A stretch of DNA of 64,000 nt from an uncultured Candidatus Saccharibacteria bacterium (lineage in GTDB: Bacteria > Patescibacteriota > Saccharimonadia > Saccharimonadales > CAYLGV01). Every line of letters begins with the position of its first letter. Positions within the stretch are counted from its first letter, which is position 1. Made by a program: the position numbers and the translations under genes. The stretch covers positions 40,414-104,413 of the forward strand of contig CAYMZG010000003.1 of the NCBI GenBank assembly GCA_964394925.1, given 5' to 3'. Positions 45,296 to 54,818 of this stretch are shown here, one piece after another. The notes beneath the pieces are model-generated. The model was not told the origin of the DNA. It did not search any database and was given only the letters and a program-made list of their open reading frames with translations.

Positions 45296-47802
45296 AACCG
45301 TTCTGCGCTCAGCTTAGTAGTAACTCTCGCACTCATTTCATCTAACAACTTACTCATTTCATTATCGGTCAACGTCCGTTCATAGCTCGCCAGGGTAAAT
45401 CTAAACGTTACATTCTTGGTAGCTGTGTCATTGCCCTGATAGATATCGACTACGGCAAGCTGAGGCAGGCTATGCTCGGGCCAGTCTAAGCTATCCCATA
45501 TTAGATCGTGCAGCTCTTGATAGTTCACGGATTGTTTCACTTTAAACGTAATATCTTGGCTCACCTTCGGGAACCGAGGAAGCGGGCGATAGGTAACGCC
45601 GGCGGCTTGTTGCATGAGATCAACCGTACTAACTTCGAAACCCGCACTTCGCTTGGGAAGCTTGAGGGCTTTAATAACAGACGGCTTGAATTCACCAATT
45701 AGCCCAAGCACCACATCAGTGTGTTTAACCTTGACTGTTGCTGTTCGACTGAGGTTGTATGGCTTAAATACTGGGAAATCAAGCTCTTTGGCGGGTTCAT
45801 ATGACAGATCAATTCCCAGTTTAGCTGCCAAATAATCCAAATAGCAGCGTGCTTCATACAAGGCGGCGCCGGGCTTTTGCAGCTTGTCGTTGGCAGCGTA
45901 CACCAGTGCAAGCATATTGAACTCAGTGGGCAGCCCCGCATCGTCGTTGGCATGGATCTTGTTGTGAGCTTTGTTCAGCTCAAAGATGGCAAATTCATCA
46001 TAACCAGCTTTAATATTTTGATGCACCTTATCGAGCAAACTCGGCAACAGATTCATGCGGAAATACTGCAGGTCAGGACTAAGAGCATTGGTGAGCTTAA
46101 ACGCTAGTTTTGGATCTTGGCCTACTCTTTCGAGCAAGTTACTATGCACAAAGTTGTAGGTGAGCACTTCGTTAGCACCACCAGCTGCTAAGATCTCACG
46201 AACACGCTGCTTGAACTCAAGCAGATCATCGGCCTTGGTAGGTGATAGGTCGCGCCTGGGTAGTTCGAGCGGCAAATGATCAAAGCCGTAAAGTCGACCG
46301 ACCTCCTCAACAATGTCTTCGGGAATTTCTAGATCAGTTCGCCAGAAAGGTGGCGTTACGGTAAGCTGCTCCTTATTGTCGCTTCGCTCAACCGAAATCT
46401 CAACGTTTTCAAGCAGTTTCTGCATTTCATCAGTTGTCAGCTCCAACCCCAGACGTTCATTAATAAACGAAGATGTCACTCGCAATGCTTTTGGCTTTAC
46501 CAACCCCTTGTGCTCATCAACGACCGCACTGGTAACCTTGCCGACGCAAAGCTGCGTTACAAGCTGAATAGCATAGGCGAGGATGCGGTCATTCTGCAGT
46601 GGGTTCTGGCCCTTGTTAAAGCGCGTTACCGCATCGGTAAACAGACCATACTTCATACTGGTGCGTCGAATGTTATACATGTCAAATGTTGCCACCTCGA
46701 GCACGATCCGCTTGGTGTTCTCGTCTACTTCTGTGTCGGTACCGCCCATGACACCACCAACACCAATTGGAACATTATTTGAGGCTATCAGCACAGTGGA
46801 ATCGTCGCCGAAAGTTATCTCTTTGCCATTTAGTAACTTAAGGGTGTCGCCTCTTTTAGACAGACGGGCTTCAAGCTGAGCGGTATCGCCTTTGCTTATT
46901 TTTAGGAGTTTGTCGTAATCGTAGGCATGCAACGGCTGAGCAGTGAGGTACATTACAAAGTTGGTGATATCTACAATGTTATTAATCGGGCGAATACCGA
47001 CCCGGGTAAGACCGGCCTGCATCCAGACTGGGCTTGGCCCAACCTGTACGCTATCGAGCGACACAGCCATAAATCGCGCAACCATATCTGTTTGAACATT
47101 AACCGAAACTGGCAAGCCAGTGCCCCCCGGAAACTTCAGTGGCTTGCTGTACCAACCGGGGCTTTTAAACGCCAGCCCTTGAATACCAGCTATCTCGCGG
47201 GCGTCACCAAGAATGCCAAACAGATCAGGACGATGCGTAAACATCTTATTCTCGACATCAATGACAACGTCATCCAGGCCATATAGCTGCTTAAATGGGG
47301 TGCCGGGCTTCGTATTGTCCTCGCCCACGTCCTCGGCTGTGATTTCCAGAATACCGCTGTGATCATCAGAAATTGCCAGCTCAGCAGGGCTAGCGAGCAT
47401 CCCGTTACTGACCTTCCCTCGAAGCTCTCGCGCTTCAAGTACAAACGGATCTTTGTCGAAAGTCGATGGAACGGTGCTACCGGGCGGCAACCAAGCCACC
47501 GTTAGCCCAGCTCGAACATTGGGCGCCCCACATACAACCTGCACGGTGCCATCTTCGTTACGCTCTACCCCTTTTGCCTTCCAGCCATCGTCGATTGTAC
47601 ACAGCGAAAGCTTATCGGCGTTGGGATGCTTTTCGCAGCTGATGACTTTAGCAACCAGTACACCTTCGTATTTTTGACCCCAATGAATAACTTCATCAAC
47701 TTCACCCAGCTGCGAACCGATTTTTTTAACGAGTTCATCAACGCCGATCTTGCTTAGATCGACATTGCTGTACTGCTGCGCCCAATGAAGTGATATTTTC
47801 AT
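45292..47802 (-). CDS. pheT: phenylalanine--tRNA ligase beta subunit
   Basis: 836 aa with an N-terminal tRNA-binding OB fold plus B3/4, B5 and FDX-ACB domains. 4-nt overlap with pheS. Confidence 0.96.
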   Translation of the reverse strand: MKISLHWAQQYSNVDLSKIGVDELVKKIGSQLGEVDEVIHWGQKYEGVLVAKVISCEKHPNADKLSLCTIDDGWKAKGVERNEDGTVQVVCGAPNVRAGLTVAWLPPGSTVPSTFDKDPFVLEARELRGKVSNGMLASPAELAISDDHSGILEITAEDVGEDNTKPGTPFKQLYGLDDVVIDVENKMFTHRPDLFGILGDAREIAGIQGLAFKSPGWYSKPLKFPGGTGLPVSVNVQTDMVARFMAVSLDSVQVGPSPVWMQAGLTRVGIRPINNIVDITNFVMYLTAQPLHAYDYDKLLKISKGDTAQLEARLSKRGDTLKLLNGKEITFGDDSTVLIASNNVPIGVGGVMGGTDTEVDENTKRIVLEVATFDMYNIRRTSMKYGLFTDAVTRFNKGQNPLQNDRILAYAIQLVTQLCVGKVTSAVVDEHKGLVKPKALRVTSSFINERLGLELTTDEMQKLLENVEISVERSDNKEQLTVTPPFWRTDLEIPEDIVEEVGRLYGFDHLPLELPRRDLSPTKADDLLEFKQRVREILAAGGANEVLTYNFVHSNLLERVGQDPKLAFKLTNALSPDLQYFRMNLLPSLLDKVHQNIKAGYDEFAIFELNKAHNKIHANDDAGLPTEFNMLALVYAANDKLQKPGAALYEARCYLDYLAAKLGIDLSYEPAKELDFPVFKPYNLSRTATVKVKHTDVVLGLIGEFKPSVIKALKLPKRSAGFEVSTVDLMQQAAGVTYRPLPRFPKVSQDITFKVKQSVNYQELHDLIWDSLDWPEHSLPQLAVVDIYQGNDTATKNVTFRFTLASYERTLTDNEMSKLLDEMSARVTTKLSAERL

Positions 47803-48836
47803 TTGAATTGCCTCAAAAAGTCTAAGCGCCCTGATTCAAAATAACGAATATCCTCAATGTCGTTCTTCATAAGTACCAGACGATCGATACCGCAGCCCCA
47901 AGCAAAGCCCGTGTATTGTTTTGGATCAATACCTGCCATCTCAAGAACATTGGGGTGAATCATGCCACAACCAAGTAGCTCGATCCAGCCACTGTAACTA
48001 CAAACCTGGCAGCCCGCCTTTTGGCAAAACGGGCAGCTCAAAGCAAACTCAAAACTCGGCTCGGTAAATGGAAAGTAATATGGCTGCGTTTTAACCTCTA
48101 GTTCTTGGTGATAATACTCTTGTAAAAAGGTCTTAAGTGTGGCGATCAGATGCCCCGCATTAATGCCCTTGCCGACGCAAATACCTTCGAGCTGGTAGAA
48201 GGTGTGCTCGTGACGAGCATCGAGGTCTTCATTACGAAAAACGCGGCCCGGGATTACTACACGGATGTCTTCACCCATTTCGAGCTTTTCCTTGTGAGCT
48301 GACAGTACACGGTTTTGCATAGTGCTCGTATGAGCCGGAGCAATCAGGCCTTCTTCGGTCATAAAGGTATCGTAATCGTCGCGGGCGGGGTGGCCATCGG
48401 GGAAGTTCAGCGTTTCGAACATGTGATAATCATCATCGATCTGGCGCGACTCAACTGCCGTGAAGCCCATGCGCACAAATATATCGAGCACATTGTTGAG
48501 CTCTTTCATAAGTGGGTGAATGGTACCATTTTCAGCACCAAGTAGAGTAGGTCGCTGATTGTGCGGGGTGTTAACGTCGAAAGGCGCAGTTACATCAATA
48601 GGAGCTAACGCTTCGGCCACTTCCTGATGTTCGGCGACTTTAGCTTCAAGTTCCGCCTTAAGCTTGTTGATTTCTTTACCGAACGGACCGCGCTTTTCTG
48701 GTGGTAACTGAGGGATTTCGGCATACAGTGCCTTTAGCTCAACCGCACGCAGAATACTTGCCTTGTCATCAAGCTCTTCCATGCGCTTAGTGAGTTGCGC
48801 AGCAACAGTAGCAATTTGCTCATTCTTGTAACTCAT
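47799..48836 (-). CDS. pheS: phenylalanine--tRNA ligase alpha subunit
   Basis: Start refined to ATG 48836 (MSYKNEQIATVAAQL...). Class II motifs FRNEDLDARHEHTFYQLEG and GFAWGCGIDRL. Confidence 0.96.
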   Translation of the reverse strand: MSYKNEQIATVAAQLTKRMEELDDKASILRAVELKALYAEIPQLPPEKRGPFGKEINKLKAELEAKVAEHQEVAEALAPIDVTAPFDVNTPHNQRPTLLGAENGTIHPLMKELNNVLDIFVRMGFTAVESRQIDDDYHMFETLNFPDGHPARDDYDTFMTEEGLIAPAHTSTMQNRVLSAHKEKLEMGEDIRVVIPGRVFRNEDLDARHEHTFYQLEGICVGKGINAGHLIATLKTFLQEYYHQELEVKTQPYYFPFTEPSFEFALSCPFCQKAGCQVCSYSGWIELLGCGMIHPNVLEMAGIDPKQYTGFAWGCGIDRLVLMKNDIEDIRYFESGRLDFLRQFK

Positions 48837-48873
48837 ATTTACTGTATATTGTACCAAACGAATAGGTAAGCGA

Positions 48874-49656
48874 TTATAGTTTCTTCGCCCCTTTATACCA
48901 TTCGTTGATCCACGGCACATAGTTTGTATTGAAATTTGGACCACGAATAACATCCTGAAGAGCTTTATTGTCGGTAATATACAGCCCGGAGGCCAGTGCC
49001 TTTACGCCGTCCACGCTGCGAGAAGGCTCGTAAATTTTTAGCGCGATGTTTTGATATTTACCAAAGAAGTCACCCGTTCCAGACGAGTAAAGGCTAATGC
49101 CGTTAACCACACCGATTCTCTGGCAAGTTTGAATTTTTTGATAGGTGTACTCTATGTTGGAAATCATTTTGTAGTAATCGCAAGTCCCAGCTTCTGGCGT
49201 AAAATACTTTGCACCTACCTGTGTGATAACTGCCTGGTCAACGTAAGCCTTGTTGGCGTATTTTAGCCCAATCCCTGGTGGCCGTTGCGGAAATTCCACC
49301 ACTGTATTTTCAGCATGCGACAAGACAACAGCGTCTTTGTATTGCTCAGCATAGGCAAGCGCAGCTTTGCGATTGTAACTCAAGCCATCGTTGTTTTGAA
49401 GGTTGAGCTGGCCGAAACGCAGTGCGATCAAGACCACTATAACGGCTATAATCCCCCACACGATTCGTGGATCTAAAACGTATCGAGGTCGGGTCTTCTT
49501 AGCGACCGTGAAACCAACAGATAGTACAGCCTCTACTGCAAGCCACGTCGCCGCCACTGCAGCAAGAAAAATAACTGCATAATACAGAATGATAAAAAGC
49601 AGAAAGCCACCAGTTTCTGGACCAGTTAGCTCGAGTCCTGCAAGAACTGTAACCAT
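48874..49656 (-). CDS. hypothetical membrane protein, 260 aa
   Basis: Two N-terminal TM helices and an extracytoplasmic domain with 2 Cys. No motif recognised. Confidence 0.65.
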   Translation of the reverse strand: MVTVLAGLELTGPETGGFLLFIILYYAVIFLAAVAATWLAVEAVLSVGFTVAKKTRPRYVLDPRIVWGIIAVIVVLIALRFGQLNLQNNDGLSYNRKAALAYAEQYKDAVVLSHAENTVVEFPQRPPGIGLKYANKAYVDQAVITQVGAKYFTPEAGTCDYYKMISNIEYTYQKIQTCQRIGVVNGISLYSSGTGDFFGKYQNIALKIYEPSRSVDGVKALASGLYITDNKALQDVIRGPNFNTNYVPWINEWYKGAKKL

Positions 49657-49662
49657 AACCGA

Positions 49663-49671
49663 ATCATAGCA
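49663..49671 (-). promoter_or_regulatory. extended -10 (TGcTATGAT) 6 nt upstream of ATG 49656; leaderless candidate
   Basis: Minus strand reads TGcTATGATtcggttATG. Confidence 0.5.
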
Positions 49672-49700
49672 AACTTATTGGCAGCTGTCTTTATAGAGCA

Positions 49701-49706
49701 TACAAT
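49701..49706 (+). promoter_or_regulatory. -10 TACAAT 6 nt upstream of yajQ ATG; leaderless candidate
   Basis: TACAATggagtaATG. The GGAG lies only 2 nt from the ATG, too close to act as an SD. Confidence 0.45.
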
Positions 49707-49712
49707 GGAGTA

Positions 49713-50210
49713 ATGGCACAATTTAGTTTCGATATAGTGAGTGAATACGACAAGGCTGAGATGAACAATGTCTTTGATCAGGCGCAGCGCGAGATTGCCA
49801 GTCGCTATGACTTTAAGGGCACGCCGGCCGAACTTGACTGGCTCAATAGTGATAAAACCGGGTTGAAAGTGACCGGCAACGGTGATTGGCAAATTGACGC
49901 CATACTTGATATTGTTCGCAAGAAATTAGCGAGCCGCGGGCAATCTCAGAAGGTACTTGATACGTCGCGTGAGATGACTGTCAGTAACCTTAAGACCACG
50001 CAAGAGGTTCCGTTTAAACAGGGGCTCGATCAAGACAAAGCCAAAAAGATAACGTCGCTAGTGCGTGACAATTATCCAAAAGTCAAAACACAAATTCAGG
50101 GTGATACTGTGCGCGTAATGAGTGGCAGCAAAGATGATTTACAGGCCGTAATGCAACTCGTTCAGGCCCAGGATTTTGACTTCCCAACCAGCTTCACAAA
50201 CTACCGCTAG
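49713..50210 (+). CDS. yajQ: YajQ-family nucleotide-binding protein
   Basis: 165 aa reading MAQFSFDIVSEYDKAEMNNVFDQAQREIASRYDFKGT, the typical YajQ N-terminus. Confidence 0.9.
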   Translation: MAQFSFDIVSEYDKAEMNNVFDQAQREIASRYDFKGTPAELDWLNSDKTGLKVTGNGDWQIDAILDIVRKKLASRGQSQKVLDTSREMTVSNLKTTQEVPFKQGLDQDKAKKITSLVRDNYPKVKTQIQGDTVRVMSGSKDDLQAVMQLVQAQDFDFPTSFTNYR

Positions 50211-50222
50211 CCAAACTAGATG

Positions 50223-50789
50223 CTATTTAGGTATCAATTGACTAATCATTTCTAGGTACTTTGTTGCAACCGAGTTGTCGTCGGTTTGCTGCGGTACTAT
50301 CCAGCCACCTTCATCATCACGAATCATTAGATGTTGCAGGCTGCATTCACCCCTGCCGTCCCTTGGATAAGACTGCAGCGGCAATAATAGACGTGCTATA
50401 GGGTGATGGGGTAGGCTGGTATCGACCGCCTTTTCAAGGACGACTTCAAATGCCCTGCCACTCAGTGCTTGATGGTCCCATAAGTAATCATGTTTTATGG
50501 TTTGTGTATTATATGAGCCCGCAAAATCACTATCACTATCCAAAACCAGTGGAAAGCTACGTTTGCTGGTGGCATGATGATAAACACCCCACCAACCGGC
50601 ATTAGTGGCAAGCCGCTGTCCTTCAAAGACCGCGCTTGGCTTAACAATTTGTCTTACTTCGATGTCACTGAGCCAAGCAAGCGGGGGGACTATCCATTCC
50701 AATCTGCGTTTATAAAGTGGCCCATCCACAGGCGTTTCAGATTGAAAACCAGGAAATAGAACTGTTGTCTCATGCCACATTCTATACAT
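50223..50789 (-). CDS. hypothetical protein, about 188 aa
   Basis: The track start is GTG 50819. I prefer ATG 50789 because TATAGT lies 7 nt upstream. No motif recognised. Confidence 0.55.
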   Translation of the reverse strand: MYRMWHETTVLFPGFQSETPVDGPLYKRRLEWIVPPLAWLSDIEVRQIVKPSAVFEGQRLATNAGWWGVYHHATSKRSFPLVLDSDSDFAGSYNTQTIKHDYLWDHQALSGRAFEVVLEKAVDTSLPHHPIARLLLPLQSYPRDGRGECSLQHLMIRDDEGGWIVPQQTDDNSVATKYLEMISQLIPK

Positions 50790-50796
50790 ACCTAAA

Positions 50797-50802
50797 ACTA
50801 TA
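50797..50802 (-). promoter_or_regulatory. -10 TATAGT 7 nt upstream of ATG 50789; leaderless candidate
   Basis: Minus strand reads TATAGTtttaggtATG. Confidence 0.4.
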
Positions 50803-50852
50803 CGCAGCTCAAATGCCACTTACAAGCACCAGCGTTTTGGCAGCTTTTGCGC

Positions 50853-50858
50853 TATACT
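50853..50858 (+). promoter_or_regulatory. -10 TATACT 7 nt upstream of ATG 50866; leaderless candidate
   Basis: TATACTgtgtgctATG, with no SD. Confidence 0.45.
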
Positions 50859-50865
50859 GTGTGCT

Positions 50866-52218
50866 ATGGACGATGAGGCGCCACCAGAAATACCCGCACC
50901 TCAAAATATCTTTGATGAAGCCCGATCGGTGTTAGACGAAAACGATCAGGGCCAGTACACCTTGCCCGCGCCAGGTTTGTACCCTCATCAGTGGCTGTGG
51001 GATAGCTGTTTTATAGCCATTGGCCGGCGCCATCTTGACCTAGATCGTGCCAAAACTGAGATATTAAGTTTGTTGCGTGGTCAGTGGCACAATGGCATGT
51101 TGCCACACATGGTGTTAGTTGGACACCGAAAATACCGAAGAGACCGAGATATTTGGCGCAGTTGGGCCAACCCCTATTCACCAGATGATGTAGCCACGAG
51201 TGGCATTACCCAGCCGCCAATCCTGGCAGAAGCGATCGTGCGTATTGGTGAAAGTATGAAGAAAGTTGAGCGACGCAGTTGGTACAAGCAGGTTTACCCC
51301 GCCCTGCTTAAGTATCACCAGTGGATTTATGAGGATCGCGATCCGCATAACGAAGGTCTGGCTCTGCTCATTCACCCCTGGGAATCTGGCTTGGATAACT
51401 CACCACCCTGGATGAGCGAACTACATGAACACGACATGGCACTGTGGATCAAAGTTATGCAAAAGTTGCGTGCCGGCTGGTTCGTCAATACGTTTCGGCG
51501 AGACACCAAACTAATACCAGCCGAAGAACGGCTTGATCCGATTGATGCGCTCGCACTCTACAGCAGCCAACGTCGCCTTCGACGCAAACGGTATGACATC
51601 GACAAAATTCTGAGCCATTCGGTCTTCGCCATAGAAGATCTCACCTTTAATTGCATATTGATTCGGGCCAACCAGCACCTTAAGACAATCGCCGATTTCA
51701 TAAAACAAGAAATACCCGACGATCTGGCCGAGGCTATACAACGCACCGAGGCAACCCTCGAACAACTGTGGGATCCTTACTCAGGCCAGTACTACTCTCG
51801 CAATTTTGTGACACATAACCTTATTAAAGAGCCGACGCTGGCAACCCTGATGCCTTTGTACGCGGGCACTATTAGCAAAGATCGGGCGCAGCAGTTAGTA
51901 CGGCTACTCGAAAATCAACATGTGTTTGGGGCTAATTTGCCCGTGCCGAGCGTTCCGCTCAATTCCAATTGGTTCCGAGCGCACACCTACTGGCAAGGCC
52001 CCAGTTGGGTAAACACTAACTGGCTGATCATCAATGGTTTGGAACGAATGGGCTTTGCTGATCACGCTGCTGCTCTACGCGACACGACCATAGATATGGT
52101 GTCTGAAGCTGGCTGTTATGAATATTTCAGCCCGTTCGATGGCAGCCCAGCGGGGGCACCACACTTTAGTTGGACGGCCGCTCTTACGATCGATCTCCTC
52201 AAAACACAGTCTAAGTAA
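50866..52218 (+). CDS. (alpha/alpha)6-barrel glycoside hydrolase, GH63 / MGH1-like
   Basis: 450 aa with YPHQWLWDSCFIAIG, HPWESGLDNSPPW and YWQGPSWVNTNW, typical of the glucosidase/mannosylglycerate-hydrolase-like clan. Confidence 0.8.
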   Translation: MDDEAPPEIPAPQNIFDEARSVLDENDQGQYTLPAPGLYPHQWLWDSCFIAIGRRHLDLDRAKTEILSLLRGQWHNGMLPHMVLVGHRKYRRDRDIWRSWANPYSPDDVATSGITQPPILAEAIVRIGESMKKVERRSWYKQVYPALLKYHQWIYEDRDPHNEGLALLIHPWESGLDNSPPWMSELHEHDMALWIKVMQKLRAGWFVNTFRRDTKLIPAEERLDPIDALALYSSQRRLRRKRYDIDKILSHSVFAIEDLTFNCILIRANQHLKTIADFIKQEIPDDLAEAIQRTEATLEQLWDPYSGQYYSRNFVTHNLIKEPTLATLMPLYAGTISKDRAQQLVRLLENQHVFGANLPVPSVPLNSNWFRAHTYWQGPSWVNTNWLIINGLERMGFADHAAALRDTTIDMVSEAGCYEYFSPFDGSPAGAPHFSWTAALTIDLLKTQSK

Positions 52219-52221
52219 GTT

Positions 52222-52860
52222 TTATGCGCCGAAGTAGTACCAGAAATGGTTCAGCAGAAGTACGGCAATAAGGATATACGTTAACAGAATGATGCCAGTA
52301 TGATTGGCTGAAATGAACGTACCGACTCGTTTTAAGCGCCCCGGGAACACAAGATAACCCTGGCGGATCGTCCAAGCCAGTGTGTAAACGAACAAGGCGA
52401 TCACCACTAACCACGTTAGTGCACAGTATGGACAAATGGCGTTAATGCGATAAATACCCTGGAAAAATAGATACACAACACCAGCTACACCTCCCGCAAT
52501 GCCAAGCGTAAAGAGGCGCCAGAACCATGGCTTCATGCGCGCTCCGAATAGTAGCGTAACCGCAATTGCCACCACCATGCTAAAAGCTATGATGCCAAAC
52601 AAGGTATTCGGAATGCCAAACACTTCTGCTTGTTGGGTCTTCATAACCGAGCCGCACGAGAAGATCGGGTTAATGTTGCAGTCGGGTATAAATGATGGAT
52701 CTTTCAATAGCTTTATTTTGTCGATGGTCAGAATAAATGACGCATAAAGCCCTAGTAGCCCGGCCACCAACACGATGTACGGATAGGCTTTTTCGAGCGT
52801 TAATGCTTTCAGCCCTTTCTTGTTAATTGTGTTGGTTTTCTTTTGTATGGTTTTAGTCAT
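52222..52860 (-). CDS. vitamin K epoxide reductase (VKOR) family membrane protein
   Basis: 212 aa with a loop Cys pair (CNINPIFSC), the CPYC active site in a TM helix, and 5 TM helices. Confidence 0.85.
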   Translation of the reverse strand: MTKTIQKKTNTINKKGLKALTLEKAYPYIVLVAGLLGLYASFILTIDKIKLLKDPSFIPDCNINPIFSCGSVMKTQQAEVFGIPNTLFGIIAFSMVVAIAVTLLFGARMKPWFWRLFTLGIAGGVAGVVYLFFQGIYRINAICPYCALTWLVVIALFVYTLAWTIRQGYLVFPGRLKRVGTFISANHTGIILLTYILIAVLLLNHFWYYFGA

Positions 52861-53959
52861 CCAAATCTCCTCCTGGGCGATCTAATAAAGCGGACTCAAC
52901 ACCAACCGATTCACCGGCTATGCGGTAAATGTCGGTGTCCACTTTTTGAAATTCTTTATTGGCTGAATTGTAATGGTTGACTGTAGTGCCGAGCGAGTTT
53001 CCGAGTTTTTCCATGAAGGTTTTATAGCCATTTAAGTGACGCCCCAATTGACCAATACGAAGTTGGATATCTTTAGCCTGCTCTTCAATCTGTAGTGCCC
53101 GCAGACCTTGCATAACCGTTTGTAAATACGCCATAAAAGTGGTCGGGCTCACAATAATCACATTCTTGTCCCTGAAGGCATACTCCATCAAATCACGTGC
53201 CGACGTACCCGAACTGCCAACTTTGTTAATTAACAGATCATAATAAATTGCTTCACTCGGAATAAACATGAAGGCGTAGTCCATGGTTTTTTCTTTAGGG
53301 CGTATATATTTAGCTGTTTCATCAATGCGATTTTTAAGGTCGGTCTTAAACGTTTTGGCTAATGCTTCTTTGCGGGCTTTATCAGTTTCCTCGAGCATGC
53401 GGTTATAATTTTCGAGACTGAACTTGCTATCGACCGGCAACACCTTGCCATCTAGTTTTACGATGGCATCTACAATTTCGCCGTCTTTGAATTTGTATTG
53501 CATGCTATAGCGATCGGGTGGTAACACGTTTTCGAGCACTTGGCTTAGGTAATACTCACCGAGTACACCACGCTGCTTTGGATTAGCTAGAACGTTTTGT
53601 AGCACCTTCAATTCGCCGGCGATATCACCAACCTGCTGGTTAGTCTTTTCGAGCGCTGTGAGTTTTTGTGTAACGTCCTTAATAATCTCAGAGCTTTGAG
53701 CGAATTGCTTCAGCATCTGCTGGTTGTTCTTATCGAGGCGTTCATTCAGTTGTGTGTTGAGGCCATCTTTGAGCTGCGTAACACTATCTGTTAGATTGGT
53801 CAGATCTTGTTTGAGTAATAATGCAGCATTGTCGTCACCACGCTCCTGGGGGCGACGCATAAGCAATGCGAGCATAGCCACACACAGCACCCCTAAAACT
53901 ATCACCGATATAAGCATGAGAATATTGTACCATTTACTCTGGGATAAAATGGTGTGCAA
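52853..53959 (-). CDS. rmuC: DNA recombination protein RmuC
   Basis: 368 aa with an N-terminal TM helix, coiled coil and a C-terminal RmuC nuclease-like domain (MFIPSEAIYY). The track start is TTG 53959; ATG 53917 is an alternative. Confidence 0.9.
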   Translation of the reverse strand: MHTILSQSKWYNILMLISVIVLGVLCVAMLALLMRRPQERGDDNAALLLKQDLTNLTDSVTQLKDGLNTQLNERLDKNNQQMLKQFAQSSEIIKDVTQKLTALEKTNQQVGDIAGELKVLQNVLANPKQRGVLGEYYLSQVLENVLPPDRYSMQYKFKDGEIVDAIVKLDGKVLPVDSKFSLENYNRMLEETDKARKEALAKTFKTDLKNRIDETAKYIRPKEKTMDYAFMFIPSEAIYYDLLINKVGSSGTSARDLMEYAFRDKNVIIVSPTTFMAYLQTVMQGLRALQIEEQAKDIQLRIGQLGRHLNGYKTFMEKLGNSLGTTVNHYNSANKEFQKVDTDIYRIAGESVGVESALLDRPGGDLDD

Positions 53960-54731
53960 TTAACACAGCCGCACCAACAATAAGAGCACCGAGGATAACG
54001 AGGACAACCTGCCAGTCAATCAATTTCTTCTCATTACGCGATTGATTAATGCTTGGGATGATATCGCTGGCAGCGATGTAAATAAAGAAGCCGGCGGTTG
54101 AGCCAATCAACACCGCCAAGAGCGTTGTTGAGTGACGACCAAGCGTGTAGAAGAGTACCGTACCAAGAGCGGTAACGGCAATCGCCACCCCGTGAACTGC
54201 CAGTACGCCACGCCTGCTTAGCCCTCGCTTGAGCAAATAGCCTGAATCGGCCATTTCACGCGGGATCTCATGCATTGCAACTGCTATGGTGGTTATAATA
54301 CCTGCGCTAATGCTCACGAGAAACGCCGCCGCTATCGCAGCGCCGTCTATGAAGTTATGAAGCCAGTTACCGCCCGCCGCCAAAGCCACTATTGGATCGG
54401 CTTCATGATGATGCGCATCACTGCCCGACGCCGGCTCGAACGGCTCTTTACTGTGGTGGTGGAACCAGTGCAGCCAACCCTCGAGCACAAAGAAGAAAAG
54501 CAAACCTACCAGAGCCGCCAGCAATACCGTAAGCGGTTCGTAGTGCTCAACACCGTCATGTAAAAAATCCAGGAACGCTGCAGCGAGCAATGCCCCAGCG
54601 GCAAATGGTGTCGCATACTTCGTTAGGAAGGCGATGGTTTTTTTATGCGTTAATAGAACAACACTACTCAAGAAAACGACTATATCCCCCGCTAGGGAAA
54701 TTGTTAGAACCAACCAAAGAGGTGCAATCAT
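53934..54731 (-). CDS. ZIP-family divalent metal (zinc) transporter
   Basis: 265 aa with a His-rich loop (HWFHHHSKE...DAHHHE) and HNFIDGAA / HEIPRE motifs. Confidence 0.9.
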   Translation of the reverse strand: MIAPLWLVLTISLAGDIVVFLSSVVLLTHKKTIAFLTKYATPFAAGALLAAAFLDFLHDGVEHYEPLTVLLAALVGLLFFFVLEGWLHWFHHHSKEPFEPASGSDAHHHEADPIVALAAGGNWLHNFIDGAAIAAAFLVSISAGIITTIAVAMHEIPREMADSGYLLKRGLSRRGVLAVHGVAIAVTALGTVLFYTLGRHSTTLLAVLIGSTAGFFIYIAASDIIPSINQSRNEKKLIDWQVVLVILGALIVGAAVLIAHHFIPE

Positions 54732-54758
54732 ACGTAATCCTTTTTATATATTCACCAA

Positions 54759-54818
54759 AGCATACGCTAAAATGCCGTATAATTGCAATTTTGTCGCATT
54801 TTGTGCTAGATTTGCAAT
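54759..54818. promoter_or_regulatory. divergent ZIP / Fur-family control region with two TTGCAA-centred sites (AATTGCAATT at 54781-54790; ATTTGCAAT at 54810-54818)
   Basis: Site 1 is a perfect 10-bp palindrome that supplies a -35 TTGCAA for a ZIP promoter (-10 TATGCT at 54759-54764, 18-nt spacer). Site 2 overlaps the -10 and start of the Fur-family gene. Confidence 0.45.
54804..54812 (+). promoter_or_regulatory. extended -10 (TGcTAGATT) 6 nt upstream of the Fur-family gene ATG; leaderless candidate
   Basis: TGcTAGATTtgcaatATG. Confidence 0.45.
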
